A stretch of DNA of 62,369 nt, filler included. It is 8 parts of 8 records of this genome, joined end to end, with 100 filler letters (N's around TTAATTAATTAA, not from the genome) between each part and the next. Parts side by side here need not be neighbours in the genome. Positions count along the whole stretch, not along the records: positions 37,659 to 47,179 come from SRR31156797_19342; positions 47,280 to 53,281 come from SRR31156797_19353; 6 more parts are not named here. One strand, 5' to 3'. Of this stretch, positions 40,693 through 51,211 are shown one piece after another. The notes below the pieces were generated by a model. The model saw nothing but the letters and a program-made list of their open reading frames with translations. It did no database searches and was not told the origin of the DNA. The position numbers and the translations under genes were made by a program. Within the stretch, counting starts at the first letter, position 1. Every line of letters begins with the position of its first letter.

Positions 40693-41862
40693 TTATTTGG
40701 AGGTTACGGCATTTAAAATTGTTTCGATTTTTTTATTGAAGGTGTCTATCGTAAATTCCTTTTCGTATTTGATTCTTCCCGAATCTCCCATTTGGGTTCT
40801 CAATTTTGGATTGTTTATGAGTTGCTCCAGTTTTTGAGCTAAGGCAAATATGTTATTCTGGGGAACCAGGTAACCAGTGCTTCCATTATCAACAATACTT
40901 TGTATACCTCCTTCGAAAGTTGATACTACCGGTAGTTGATGTTGCATGGCTTCCAGCAACACCAAGGGGAAACACTCGTTATGATAATAGGTTGGAAAAG
41001 CAAAAATATCGGCACTGGCAAAGATTTTATCTTTTTCTGCTCCGAACTTTGGTCCTGCAAAATTTACCGTTCCGTTCAAACACAACTTATCCAGGATTAA
41101 ACGAAGTGATTCTTTATTTAAGTCTCCGTCACCACCAACGAATGTGCATCTATAGTTCAACTTTTTATCATGTAATATTTTACAAGCTTCAAGTAGTACC
41201 AAAACTCCTTTTGACTCAATTAAATTGGATAAGAAAAGAATCTCGGTTGTGGTATTTCGATCATTTTGTTTATTTATTTTGGTATTGTTAGGTTTAGTTA
41301 AATTATTATCAGTTTCCACAAACGAAGAAGACTGATCCATCTCAGGAACTCCGTTGGGACAGAAATATACCCGTTCTTTTGATACATATCTCTCAATGTC
41401 GGGATAGAGGTATTTTGATAACAGAATAACATCGGAATTACCAAAAACAAACCGATACAACAGATTATCAAAGAATCGCCCCTGCATTGTACTAATCCCT
41501 TTGTTATGAAGATGATAAACCAGCTTTATTCCAAAGAGTTTAACCAGAAGAACAATAACTGCATCTTTATAAAATCCTATTCCCTTGGTTGTTATAGCGA
41601 AATAACAAAATTGCGGATTGAAAAGAAGAACCTGTTTAAGTACCTGAATAAAGATTTTTAGATAACGAATTGTTTTTCTGACCGCATTTTTCCCGATTTC
41701 ATTAATCCGCATCGAAGTTCCCAAATTCACGTACCTGGTGTTGTAAGTTTGGTTAAGCTTTGTGTTGTTTTTTATGTATTGCCCAACCATTGCAGAACCA
41801 TGAACCGGAGGTGGTAAGTGCAGAATAAAAAGGATTTTTGGCAACTTCATTTTTCGGGTCAT
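40693..41862 (-). CDS. Glycosyltransferase family 4
   Basis: PPPVHG, SNLIESKG, ECFPLVLLEAM (E-x7-E). Confidence 0.92.
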   Translation of the reverse strand: MTRKMKLPKILFILHLPPPVHGSAMVGQYIKNNTKLNQTYNTRYVNLGTSMRINEIGKNAVRKTIRYLKIFIQVLKQVLLFNPQFCYFAITTKGIGFYKDAVIVLLVKLFGIKLVYHLHNKGISTMQGRFFDNLLYRFVFGNSDVILLSKYLYPDIERYVSKERVYFCPNGVPEMDQSSSFVETDNNLTKPNNTKINKQNDRNTTTEILFLSNLIESKGVLVLLEACKILHDKKLNYRCTFVGGDGDLNKESLRLILDKLCLNGTVNFAGPKFGAEKDKIFASADIFAFPTYYHNECFPLVLLEAMQHQLPVVSTFEGGIQSIVDNGSTGYLVPQNNIFALAQKLEQLINNPKLRTQMGDSGRIKYEKEFTIDTFNKKIETILNAVTSK

Positions 41863-41899
41863 TTTTTGACATGCTTTTCAAGAACTTGCTGCAAATAAT

Positions 41900-43063
41900 T
41901 TAATGCGAATTAATGATACCTAACAAATCAGACTTTAAAGTTTTTATGGCAAAATTTTCCATTCTTTTTTCAGGCAAAATGCTTCTGTCAAGAGTTAGAG
42001 CCTGAATCATTCGCTGAGCAAACTTGTCAGGATTCCTGTTTTCAACAACGTAACCATTGATCTCGTTTTTTATTATTTCACGAGAACTGCTAAAATCAGT
42101 TACAACCGACGGAACGCCCATACATGCGGCTTCCAACAGGGTTGTTGACCAACCTTCGGTATAAGATCCCATTATAAATAAATCGGCTAAATTCAGGTAT
42201 TTTGCTATCACCGGGCTTTTATGAAATCCAAGTAGGATAATATTTTTTTCAAGGTTAACTGTTTTTATATATTGGTTGATTTTCTCGTAATCTTCCCCAT
42301 TTCCTATAAAGTAAAACAAAGAATCGGTGTATTTCTTCTGAAATTGCACATAAGCATCAATCATAAGCCTCCATCCTTTATAATATCCTAATCTGCCGCA
42401 CGTTACCACCACCTTTGTTTTTGGAGAAATACCATATTCCTGACGGTAAGTATTGTTTTCTTCTTTTTTAAATATCGTTTCGTCAATTCTGGTTGGAAAT
42501 TGTATTATCTCTTTATCGGCAAGTCGGTTCCCTCTGGATTTTAATTCTTTTATGGCCTTATCATCTGCAGCTGCAAGTATCCATCGGGCTTTTGAAACAG
42601 CGGATAAAAACATAGTATCAAAAAAGTTTGCTATTAACCTTGCATAGAAATACCTTGAAAACATTAGCGGATTTTTAATCCCCGGGAAAATGAAACAAAT
42701 CTTCCGGTCTTTTAACCGTTTGCTAAGAGGGAGCAAAATTTCCGGAGCCTGTATCACAAAAACCTGGTTCGCTCCGTTAATTATTTTCTTCCTGTATTTT
42801 AAGAACTGAAAGTAAGCCACTAACCTGCGGGGGATTAAAGGTTTTTTCTTTTTCCTGGCACCTTTCATAAATGGAAAATAGCGGTATTGTTTTCCATTTA
42901 TTTCCTTTTGTGTCCAACTACCAATTTTTTCGTTCTCGGTTGATACACCTACCAGGCTTAGTTCTCCATTAAACGATTGCAACAGGTTTCGTACAAACGT
43001 TAATTGTCCTCCCGTTGGGTAATCAACAAAATTACAGGGCTCTATTATGGTAATATCTTTCAT
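41900..43063 (-). CDS. Glycosyltransferase family 4
   Basis: GRLGYYKG, EGWSTTLLEA. Confidence 0.9.
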   Translation of the reverse strand: MKDITIIEPCNFVDYPTGGQLTFVRNLLQSFNGELSLVGVSTENEKIGSWTQKEINGKQYRYFPFMKGARKKKKPLIPRRLVAYFQFLKYRKKIINGANQVFVIQAPEILLPLSKRLKDRKICFIFPGIKNPLMFSRYFYARLIANFFDTMFLSAVSKARWILAAADDKAIKELKSRGNRLADKEIIQFPTRIDETIFKKEENNTYRQEYGISPKTKVVVTCGRLGYYKGWRLMIDAYVQFQKKYTDSLFYFIGNGEDYEKINQYIKTVNLEKNIILLGFHKSPVIAKYLNLADLFIMGSYTEGWSTTLLEAACMGVPSVVTDFSSSREIIKNEINGYVVENRNPDKFAQRMIQALTLDRSILPEKRMENFAIKTLKSDLLGIINSH

Positions 43064-43130
43064 CTTGTTTTTAGGATTTAGAGCTCATAAATTGAGCGAG
43101 ATTAGAATAAGGTATGTTTTGAATTTGTGA

Positions 43131-44234
43131 CTATTCGGACAATACCTGGGTATAATGGGCAACAAAAGAATCAACTGAGAATTTCTGTGCAGAATTGATC
43201 ACTGCAGCAGTATCAAAGGTTATTATTTCTTTTACTATTGAGAGCATGGCATTGGCAAACGCTTCAATATCCAGGTATTTTACCAGTATTCCATTAATTT
43301 CTGGCTCAATAATGTCTATTGGGCCACTCGGACAATTAAAAGCTACAACTGGTGTTCCTACCGAAATTGATTCTACCAAAACATTTGGGAAACCTTCAAA
43401 AACGGAGGTTAGTACCGTGGCTGTTGCTCTTTTAAAATAGGGCAGTACATTTATCTGGCGTCCTTCAAACGATACCGACTTTCCCAAACCCATTTCTTTT
43501 ACTAATGTTTTTATCTTTTCTTCGTCTTCTCCTTCACCTACCAATGTTAAATGCATATCGGAGTACTTACGGTGTGCTATTGCAAATGCTTGTATCAGGT
43601 TTGTTAATCCTTTTTGTGGACAAATTCGGCCTACAAACAAGAATTCATTTTTACGTTTTACCTCTTTTATTGCACCGGAAGAACCATTAGTCCAAATATG
43701 AGCCGGATTAAAAATGGTTTTAATTTTATGGCTGTCAATATTGAAATTATTTATAATATCGTCGCGCATACCGGTAGACTGAGCGATGGTTTTATGTGCA
43801 CGAAACAAGGTAAATTTGATCATTCTAAGTGCTAAATGTTCGCGACTAAAAAACTTTGTATCTGAATAATTTTGTGAAATCGTATTAATGCTTCTTACTA
43901 CTATTTTGGTTTTAGAAAAGAGAAGTGTTTTAATTAGTGTTGCCAATATTGCCAATTCAACATGAAATACCAGTAGTATTTTCGGCTTATGGCTTCGGAT
44001 AAGTTTAAAAAGTGGGAAAAAACAATGTCGTACATGTTTTTTATTTAAGTTGATGACTTTTATTCTTTTATCCAGGTGCTTAGTTAACGACGTGGTATAA
44101 TAATTTCCAACCCACAATTCAATTTCATTATTTCGTTTTAACAATTCATTACCTAACAAGGCACATATTTTTTCAGCACCTCCGTGTTCCAAATTAAAAA
44201 TGAGAAATGTTATTTTTTGTGGTTTCGGTCTCAT
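43131..44234 (-). CDS. Glycosyltransferase family 4 (PglJ-like)
   Basis: GGAEK, GRICPQKG, EGFPNVLVES, CPSGP. Confidence 0.92.
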   Translation of the reverse strand: MRPKPQKITFLIFNLEHGGAEKICALLGNELLKRNNEIELWVGNYYTTSLTKHLDKRIKVINLNKKHVRHCFFPLFKLIRSHKPKILLVFHVELAILATLIKTLLFSKTKIVVRSINTISQNYSDTKFFSREHLALRMIKFTLFRAHKTIAQSTGMRDDIINNFNIDSHKIKTIFNPAHIWTNGSSGAIKEVKRKNEFLFVGRICPQKGLTNLIQAFAIAHRKYSDMHLTLVGEGEDEEKIKTLVKEMGLGKSVSFEGRQINVLPYFKRATATVLTSVFEGFPNVLVESISVGTPVVAFNCPSGPIDIIEPEINGILVKYLDIEAFANAMLSIVKEIITFDTAAVINSAQKFSVDSFVAHYTQVLSE

Positions 44235-44317
44235 TGTTAATTGTATTTACACAACAGTAATGTGTTACACATTGCTGTTTGATTAAAACATGGGAAATAA
44301 TTTTATATCTTAACAAC

Positions 44318-45331
44318 CTATTTGTTAAACGAATGCAAAAAGTTTTTAATCATAAATTCCTGAGGGCTAACTTCTCCCTTACACCAATTTAAATCGGTAT
44401 CCCAATAACCAGGGAATTTGGTGGAAGTAAAAGCATAACTGATCTCCACCAGTTTAAACTCGTTTTGGTGCTTTATAAAATCAAACGCAACAGATTGGGT
44501 TTTTAGTTGTTTGGCTAACCGAAAAGCTATTTTAACACAAGATGTATTGATCCAATTATGATTATAGTCTTTCAGTCCACTCCCTGATGCCCTAAAATCG
44601 CCATTTCTACAAAAACGCCGAAGTCCAAAACACTGGTTACCGACTACTACTAGTCTTGTATCGTATTCGTTATTGGGTATAAATTCTTGAAAATAAATGT
44701 AACCCCGCTCTTTTTGATAAAACCTGTCAATTTCGTTTTTTATGATAAAACGGGCAATTCCCCTTCCCAATATCTTTACTGCTTTAAGGTTCTTATCTCG
44801 TTGCAATATCCATAGCCTTTCTTTTATACGACTTATCGGATTGGCAGGAGAAAACCCGTTTTTAAAAGCACGTTTTACGAATTGTTGAGCTTGTTTTTTA
44901 CTCCTTACAAGTTTTACATTCGATGATCCGGCTCCGTTACGCAATTTGAAAACCTTAGGGAACGAAGTTTTTTTTATCCATTCTAATGCTTCTTTTTTCG
45001 AATAAAAAACCCAAGATGGTATTAATGGCGCTTTTATAGCTTCCAGCAGGTACTTTTGCCCCACTTTATCATCATAATGCCACGATGTGCAACTATCAGG
45101 AAATACCCGAATCCCCTTACTTTCAAGAGATAAAGTGAGTTGCCGGGCAAACAGAGCTGTTTTATAGTCGGTTATATCCCAATGCCACATTAATCCCTCG
45201 CACTCATCTAATTGAGTTATAATATCACTATCATAGCAACTAACCAGTTTATAAGGAATATTCTTTTCGTTACAGTATTTTATCCAATGATCGGAAAAGC
45301 TCCCTGGCCTGTTATGAATTGCAAGTTTCAC
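44318..45331 (-). CDS. ATP-grasp (RimK-like) ligase in a polysaccharide locus
   Basis: DDKV, FPKVFKL..GAGS, YFQEFIP, DFRASGSG, AFDF, EIS. Confidence 0.85.
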   Translation of the reverse strand: MKLAIHNRPGSFSDHWIKYCNEKNIPYKLVSCYDSDIITQLDECEGLMWHWDITDYKTALFARQLTLSLESKGIRVFPDSCTSWHYDDKVGQKYLLEAIKAPLIPSWVFYSKKEALEWIKKTSFPKVFKLRNGAGSSNVKLVRSKKQAQQFVKRAFKNGFSPANPISRIKERLWILQRDKNLKAVKILGRGIARFIIKNEIDRFYQKERGYIYFQEFIPNNEYDTRLVVVGNQCFGLRRFCRNGDFRASGSGLKDYNHNWINTSCVKIAFRLAKQLKTQSVAFDFIKHQNEFKLVEISYAFTSTKFPGYWDTDLNWCKGEVSPQEFMIKNFLHSFNK

Positions 45332-46488
45332 TTAATTAATCTTTCGAAATATCTAATAAGTTTTTCGGCATGAGTGACAAAATTGAAGTTTTTAAGTGCA
45401 AACTCCCGACCTCTTTCTCCAATTTTATAGGCCATTTCGGGGTCGTCAATTAGTTGTTCCATCTTTTTTGAAATATCCTGCGCATTAAACGCTGCAAATA
45501 ATACATTCTTTCTGTTTTCAAGAATTTCGCCCAGGATTCCAACTTTGGTGGCAAGAACCGGTCGCCCCGATATTAAATATTCTCCAACCTTGGTCGGAAA
45601 GTTGTACTTATTCTGCCTGTTGTCGGGTTTGGCTATAATAAGAATACTGGCTGTTATCAGGTATTCATAAAGCGATGATTCGGGAAGATAACCAGTAAAT
45701 GTTACACGTTCCGTCAAATCTTTCGAAGAAATTTCATCCAGTATTTTCTGGTAGTCTTTCGTTTTTTCGGGTGTCCCCGTTAGAATCAGTTTATATTCAG
45801 AAAACTTAGAATCTAACTCACCAAATGACCTTAATATGGTTATAATTCCATCTTTTCGTTCGAGATAGGTTCCGGTGTAAACTATTGTCTTTATCACTGA
45901 ACATTGATCTTTCTTTTTAAAGTCTTCAACCAAAACAGGAACTATGAGGCACTGTTTATTTATATTGAGTTCGTTTTTTAAATACGCTTCCAATTGTTTG
46001 TTAATTACGATGAACCCGTGAAAAATGGCATAGCTCAGTTTTAATTTTAGCTTCTCTCTGTATGATATGCTATTTTTATTCATGTAATCAATCTCATTCT
46101 TTTCCCTGATTAATTTAGTAGAAGTAAAAACCAGTATAAAACGTAAGGAGAAAAGAAATATCAACGAAAATGATGAAGTAATTACAACATCGGGTTTATC
46201 TCTAAAACACATTAGTCCGGTTAAAAAGCATCCAATAAAATCCCGATATCTGCGTTGAAGAAAATTCCCGTTTCTTCTGGTAGAGCGACAGGGATATACA
46301 AAAGGAACATTCTCGAAAGTGCCGGAAGAAGATGTATTTTTTAAGCTCGTATCGTTTTGAGTGGGTATTGGAACAATAACCTTGGTCGTGTGTCCCAGAT
46401 TTTTAAATCCTTTGGCATACAAATGAAAACGTTTTGTTAGCGCAAATCCGTTAGGATACGGTTGATTTAATAACAAATATATTTTCAT
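45328..46488 (-). CDS. Glycosyltransferase family 4
   Basis: YTG...KDG, FPTKVGEYL..GRPV. Confidence 0.88.
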   Translation of the reverse strand: MKIYLLLNQPYPNGFALTKRFHLYAKGFKNLGHTTKVIVPIPTQNDTSLKNTSSSGTFENVPFVYPCRSTRRNGNFLQRRYRDFIGCFLTGLMCFRDKPDVVITSSFSLIFLFSLRFILVFTSTKLIREKNEIDYMNKNSISYREKLKLKLSYAIFHGFIVINKQLEAYLKNELNINKQCLIVPVLVEDFKKKDQCSVIKTIVYTGTYLERKDGIITILRSFGELDSKFSEYKLILTGTPEKTKDYQKILDEISSKDLTERVTFTGYLPESSLYEYLITASILIIAKPDNRQNKYNFPTKVGEYLISGRPVLATKVGILGEILENRKNVLFAAFNAQDISKKMEQLIDDPEMAYKIGERGREFALKNFNFVTHAEKLIRYFERLIK

Positions 46489-46559
46489 ACGATTAAGATC
46501 TTTAATTCCTCAACAATATCGTATGTAATTCGAATCATCACACGCGGAAAGCCCGGGAT

Positions 46560-47179
46560 CTATGCTTTTATTGTAGCCAGAATCTTAGATATGGTAAAGT
46601 TTCGTATTACTTCTGTTTTAACTGTATTTGTTAAACAGAATATCCAGATACACAAGTACAGAATAGTAAATAGACTATAACTAATTGAAATCATGAGTAC
46701 CAGAAGCACCAAAAAGAAAGCCCCTTTAACATTAAATAAGGTCACAATCTGTTTTGAAGATTTCCATAAACAAAAAACAAAAAACAAGATTCCTACGCTT
46801 CCAAATTGTGCCAGGATTTTTCCCATTCCTGAAACAGTAAAAATTTGTGCTCCCAGTAAGTTTGTCCACCTTGCTTCCTGGTGGCCGCCATACCCAATTA
46901 TCGGATGATTTAAAAAATCAATAAAATCTATTTGTAACGAATGGAAACGTTGTGTTGAGTACTGAAAATCGTATTTGGCCGAATAATAAATCATTTCTTT
47001 GGTATCGTATTGTCGTTCCTCTGTTATCTTTTCCGTCATAAAAGGCAGAGTAAAAAGAAAAATTGTTGCAACAGCTATAATAGGCGCTAACCATATAATT
47101 TTCATAACATTTTGATTGTAAATGTAGAAAAGTGCAATTATTACAAACATTGAATAACCGGTAGTTGAGAATGTGGTAA
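46560..47179 (-). CDS. O-antigen polymerase/ligase-like (Wzy) membrane protein, 5' end truncated
   Basis: Reading frame stays open to the contig edge (TTFSTTGYS...); R...HPIIGYG motif; multiple TM helices. Confidence 0.7.
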
Positions 47180-47279
47180 NNNNNNNNNNNNNNNNNNNNN
47201 NNNNNNNNNNNNNNNNNNNNNNNTTAATTAATTAANNNNNNNNNNNNNNNNNNNNNNNNNNNNNNNNNNNNNNNNNNNN
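47180..47279. other. Artificial contig spacer
   Basis: N run with TTAATTAATTAA. Confidence 0.99.
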
Positions 47280-48662
47280 ATTTGTTTGGAAAGCAATTTG
47301 GTCAATAACTTCAATAGCTTCGTTAATAGAGCTAACTTGTGCATTGATATCATCCATAGCAACAGCTGTTTCATTTGCAAGGCTATGACCATTTTGTGCA
47401 GATTTTGTTACATACCCTGCTAAAGAAGACATTTCATTAGAAGCTTCTGTATTACCTTTAATATTTGCAGTAATTTGTTCTAATGCAGCAGCTGTTTCTT
47501 CTAAAGATGCAGCTTGTTGATTTGATGATGTAGATAACTGATTTGATGCAGTTGATAAAGTATGAGTACTCTCTTTAAGTGAATCACCAGTATTCATAAT
47601 CATCGCTAAAATTTCAGATGTATTATTACCTACAAGTTTAATTCCAGCAGCTAGTGAACCTAAGTCACCATAAATACCTTTATCATTTATCTTATAATCA
47701 AATTTAGACTCAGAATAGTTTTTAAGAGTGTCATTGATTCTATCAAGAGTCTCTTTTGTATGATTAATCATTGCATTTAGTTTATTTTTTAAATCTTCAA
47801 CATATGGGTTAGATGCAGTTGAGTTTACTTGGTATACAAAGAAACCATTTCCAGTTTTTTCTAAAATATCATTTGCTTCTTCAATAACTTTTTCATCTTG
47901 TTTTAGACCTGCTCTTACTTTATCCATATAAGAGTTAAATAGATTCGCTACTTCTCCAATCTCATCTTTTGATTCAACATCAAGTTTAATACTTGGGTCA
48001 TTTGATTTAAGAAGATTTTCAAATCCACTTTTAAGTGTAGCAATAGGTTTTGTTGCTCTTTTAACAATAACAAAAATTAGACCAATAGTAATCCAGCCAA
48101 ATACTGTAGATACTATTAAAATTTCAATTACTAAAGTACTAATTTTATCATCTGATTCTGCAAGTGAGAATGTAAGATCCATAATACCAATTACATCACC
48201 TTCTTTTTGATTAGCATGACACATTAAACACTCTTGAGTTGCAATCATTGGCTTAATCATTCTTAGATTATGACCTTCTGCATCATCAGTTTCTAGTAAT
48301 TGATTTTCTTTTGTTTTAAATGATTTTAAAACATCTGGGTCTGTAGTGAATTTTGCACCCGGGTCGTACATATCAATAAGAGGTTGACTTTTTGCAATTA
48401 CAAGCTCTTTAACTCCATCAATAGTAGCAGCTTCATCTTCTGCTTTTTTAATCTGTGCAGGGTCTCCTGTATTCATCGCATTTCTTAGACTTTGGAACAT
48501 TGCAGTATTAAGCATGTCAAGATTTTTTTTAGTAGTAGCAATGGAGTCTGCTCTTACTTGTTCAGTAGTCATATATGTTACTATTAAACTCGAAAGAGAC
48601 ATTAAAATAAATAGAGAAACTATTATTTTATTACTTATTTTTTTTGTAATTAATTCAATCAT
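47280..48662 (-). CDS. Methyl-accepting chemotaxis protein with a periplasmic c-type heme motif (3' end truncated)
   Basis: TM1, CLMCH, TM2, HAMP (DEIG), QAASLEETAAALEQI, IDQIAFQTN. Confidence 0.9.
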
Positions 48663-48758
48663 TAAAACAACCTTGATATTAAGCTTCAATATTATATAAT
48701 GAATATTATTTATTGTATATAAAAACAAAAAGAAAATTTAAAATTTTGAAAGAAAAAT

Positions 48759-49322
48759 ATGATTGTAGGTATTGAAGGAAGCATTGAAAAAAAGGAGCCA
48801 ACCCACTTACACCTTAATGTAAATGGTCTAATTTATGAGGTTTTCGTTTCAGTAAATTGTAGCTCAAAAGTAACAGACAAGCGTGTTAAGCTTCATACAA
48901 CTCACATTATTAGAGAAGATTCTCAAACACTTTATGGCTTTTTAGACCCCAATGAAAAAAAATTATTTGACACAGTTATCAAAATAAATGGAGTGGGTCC
49001 AAAAGTAGCACTTGCAATTTGTTCTACCTTTACCCCAAGCTCTTTTGCACAAATTGTTAGTGAAAATGATGTATCAATGTTAAAAAGAGTTCCAGGTATT
49101 GGTCCAAAAGGTGCTAGTAGAATTTTAGTTGAGTTATCAGGGTTTATTGTTGAAGATGATGAGGATGGAGCAGTTAGTGGTTCAAATGTAACACTTGAAG
49201 CTGCACTTGCTTTAGAGTCTTTAGGATTTAAAAAAGATGTTGTATCAAAAGCACTTAAAGCTTGTACTGGTACAAATACAAGTGATTTAGTAAAACAAGC
49301 ACTTAAGCAATTACAAAAATAA
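48759..49322 (+). CDS. ruvA: Holliday junction branch migration protein RuvA
   Basis: [33 protein letters not shown]. Confidence 0.97.
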   Translation: MIVGIEGSIEKKEPTHLHLNVNGLIYEVFVSVNCSSKVTDKRVKLHTTHIIREDSQTLYGFLDPNEKKLFDTVIKINGVGPKVALAICSTFTPSSFAQIVSENDVSMLKRVPGIGPKGASRILVELSGFIVEDDEDGAVSGSNVTLEAALALESLGFKKDVVSKALKACTGTNTSDLVKQALKQLQK

Positions 49323-49419
49323 AATATAATAGTAAAAGCAACTCGTTGCTTTCTTTAGAATTTTGATACTTTTAAGGATTTTTTATAAATCCTGCTAAAA
49401 AGTAGTTATTATGAAATGG

Positions 49420-49450
49420 GTCCCTTTTAAATGGGACATTTAAAAGGAGA
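49420..49450 (+). promoter_or_regulatory. SD-sequestering hairpin upstream of ddl
   Basis: CCTTTTAAATG-GGA-CATTTAAAAGG, perfect 11-bp stem overlapping AAGGAGA. Confidence 0.6.
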
Positions 49451-49454
49451 TAGA

Positions 49455-50489
49455 TTGAAGTTAGGAATAGTTTTTGGTGGTAAATCATATGAGCATGAAA
49501 TATCAATTGTTTCTGCTATTGCTATGAAAGATGTTTTAAAAGAAGAGTTAGTTTATATTTTTTGTGATTCAAATAGAGAGTTTTATCATATTCCAATAGA
49601 TAAAATAAAATCAAAACTATTTAGTAGTGGTGAGTATAAAAAATGTGATGTTTTAAACTTCTCAAAAGATGGTTTTTCTAAGAAAGCTATGTTTGGTGCT
49701 AAAGCATTTGAAGTTGATGCTGTTTTAAATATAACTCACGGTGGTGATGGAGAAGATGGATTATTAGCTTCATTATTTGAGTTTGCAAATATTCCTTATA
49801 TAGGACCTAGAAAAGGTGCTTGTGCTGTTAGTTTTAATAAGTTTTTAACAAAAGGTTATGCTCACAGTGTTGGTGTAAAAGCTATTGATTATAAATACTA
49901 TACAAAAAATGACAAAGTAGAAGTTCACTCATTCCCTGTGATTATCAAGCCAGTTACTTTAGGTAGTTCTATTGGTGTTTCAATTGTAAAAACTCAAGAA
50001 GAGTTAGATTATGCACTTGATGTAGCTTTTGAGTTTGATGAAGCAATTATTGTAGAACCATTTATTGCCGGAATCAAAGAGTATAACTTAGCAGGTACTA
50101 AAGTAAATGGTGAGTTTGTTTTCTCTATCATAGAAGAACCACAAAAAGCTGAGTTTTTAGATTTTGATAAAAAGTATTTAGATTTTGCTAGAACTTCTGC
50201 TGCTTTAGAAGCTGATATTTCTGCAGAACTTAAAGATAGAATAAAAGAGTCTTTCAAAGCTATTTATAACAATATTTTTGATGGTTCACTTATTAGATGT
50301 GACTTCTTTGTTCAAGAAGAGGAAGTATATTTAAATGAGATAAATCCAATTCCTGGTTCTATGGCAAACTATTTATTTAAAGATTTTAATAATGTATTAA
50401 CAACACTAGCTAAATCTTTACCAAATCAAAAAGATATTAAAATAACATACGAATATGTAAATAAAATACAAGCATCAAAAGGTAAATAG
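49455..50489 (+). CDS. ddl: D-alanine--D-alanine ligase
   Basis: FGGKSYEHEIS, HGGDGEDG, KP..LGSSIG, RCDFF, NEINPIPG; TTG start after AAGGAG. Confidence 0.95.
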   Translation: MKLGIVFGGKSYEHEISIVSAIAMKDVLKEELVYIFCDSNREFYHIPIDKIKSKLFSSGEYKKCDVLNFSKDGFSKKAMFGAKAFEVDAVLNITHGGDGEDGLLASLFEFANIPYIGPRKGACAVSFNKFLTKGYAHSVGVKAIDYKYYTKNDKVEVHSFPVIIKPVTLGSSIGVSIVKTQEELDYALDVAFEFDEAIIVEPFIAGIKEYNLAGTKVNGEFVFSIIEEPQKAEFLDFDKKYLDFARTSAALEADISAELKDRIKESFKAIYNNIFDGSLIRCDFFVQEEEVYLNEINPIPGSMANYLFKDFNNVLTTLAKSLPNQKDIKITYEYVNKIQASKGK

Positions 50490-50491
50490 AT

Positions 50492-51211
50492 TTGGCTTTA
50501 AAAAGCATTGAAGTTTTAGATAGAAAATTTAGTATCTCATATGAGATTGTAAATCCTAGCCAAAAGAAGGATATAGTTATACTTCATGGTTGGGGTTCAA
50601 ATAAAGAGATTATGAAACAAGCATTTGGCAATCTTTTACAAGATTTTAGGCATATATATATTGATATGCCTGGTTTTGGGAAAAGTTCAAATGATTATGT
50701 TCTTACTACAAAAGATTACTCACTTATTATAAAAAAGTTTTTAGAAGCTTTAAATACAAATGTTGTAGCAATAGCAGGACACTCATTTGGTGGAAAAGTT
50801 GCAACACTTATAAATCCAGATAATCTAATCTTACTAAGTACTGCTGGAATTTTAGAAAAAAAGAGTGCTTCAGTTAAAACAAAAATCTTTTTTGCGAAAA
50901 CCTTTAATAAACTAGGTCTTAGAAAGCTTACTAAATCATTTAGAAGTGATGATGTAAAACAGATGAGCCATGAAATGTATGAGACTTTTAAAAATGTAGT
51001 AGATGAAGATTTTTCTTTTATCTTTTCTTCTTTTGAAAAAAATGCTATGATTTTTTGGGGAAAAGCAGATACTGCTACAACTCTTCCTTCAGGGGAAAAA
51101 ATTCACAAACTTATTAAAAATAGTAGTTTTACAGCCTATGAAGGTGATCACTACTTCTTTTTAAAGCATGCAAAAGATATTTGTGAAAAAATTGAAAACG
51201 GATTAAAATAA
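50492..51211 (+). CDS. Alpha/beta fold hydrolase
   Basis: LHGWG, DMPGFG, GHSFGG, WG..D, GDH. Confidence 0.9.
   Translation: MALKSIEVLDRKFSISYEIVNPSQKKDIVILHGWGSNKEIMKQAFGNLLQDFRHIYIDMPGFGKSSNDYVLTTKDYSLIIKKFLEALNTNVVAIAGHSFGGKVATLINPDNLILLSTAGILEKKSASVKTKIFFAKTFNKLGLRKLTKSFRSDDVKQMSHEMYETFKNVVDEDFSFIFSSFEKNAMIFWGKADTATTLPSGEKIHKLIKNSSFTAYEGDHYFFLKHAKDICEKIENGLK

Noticed and set aside
44253-44279. Intergenic hairpin between the ATP-grasp and GT4 genes
   Set aside because: A real inverted repeat, but it has a mismatch on the transcribed strand and no clear U tract, so no function can be supported
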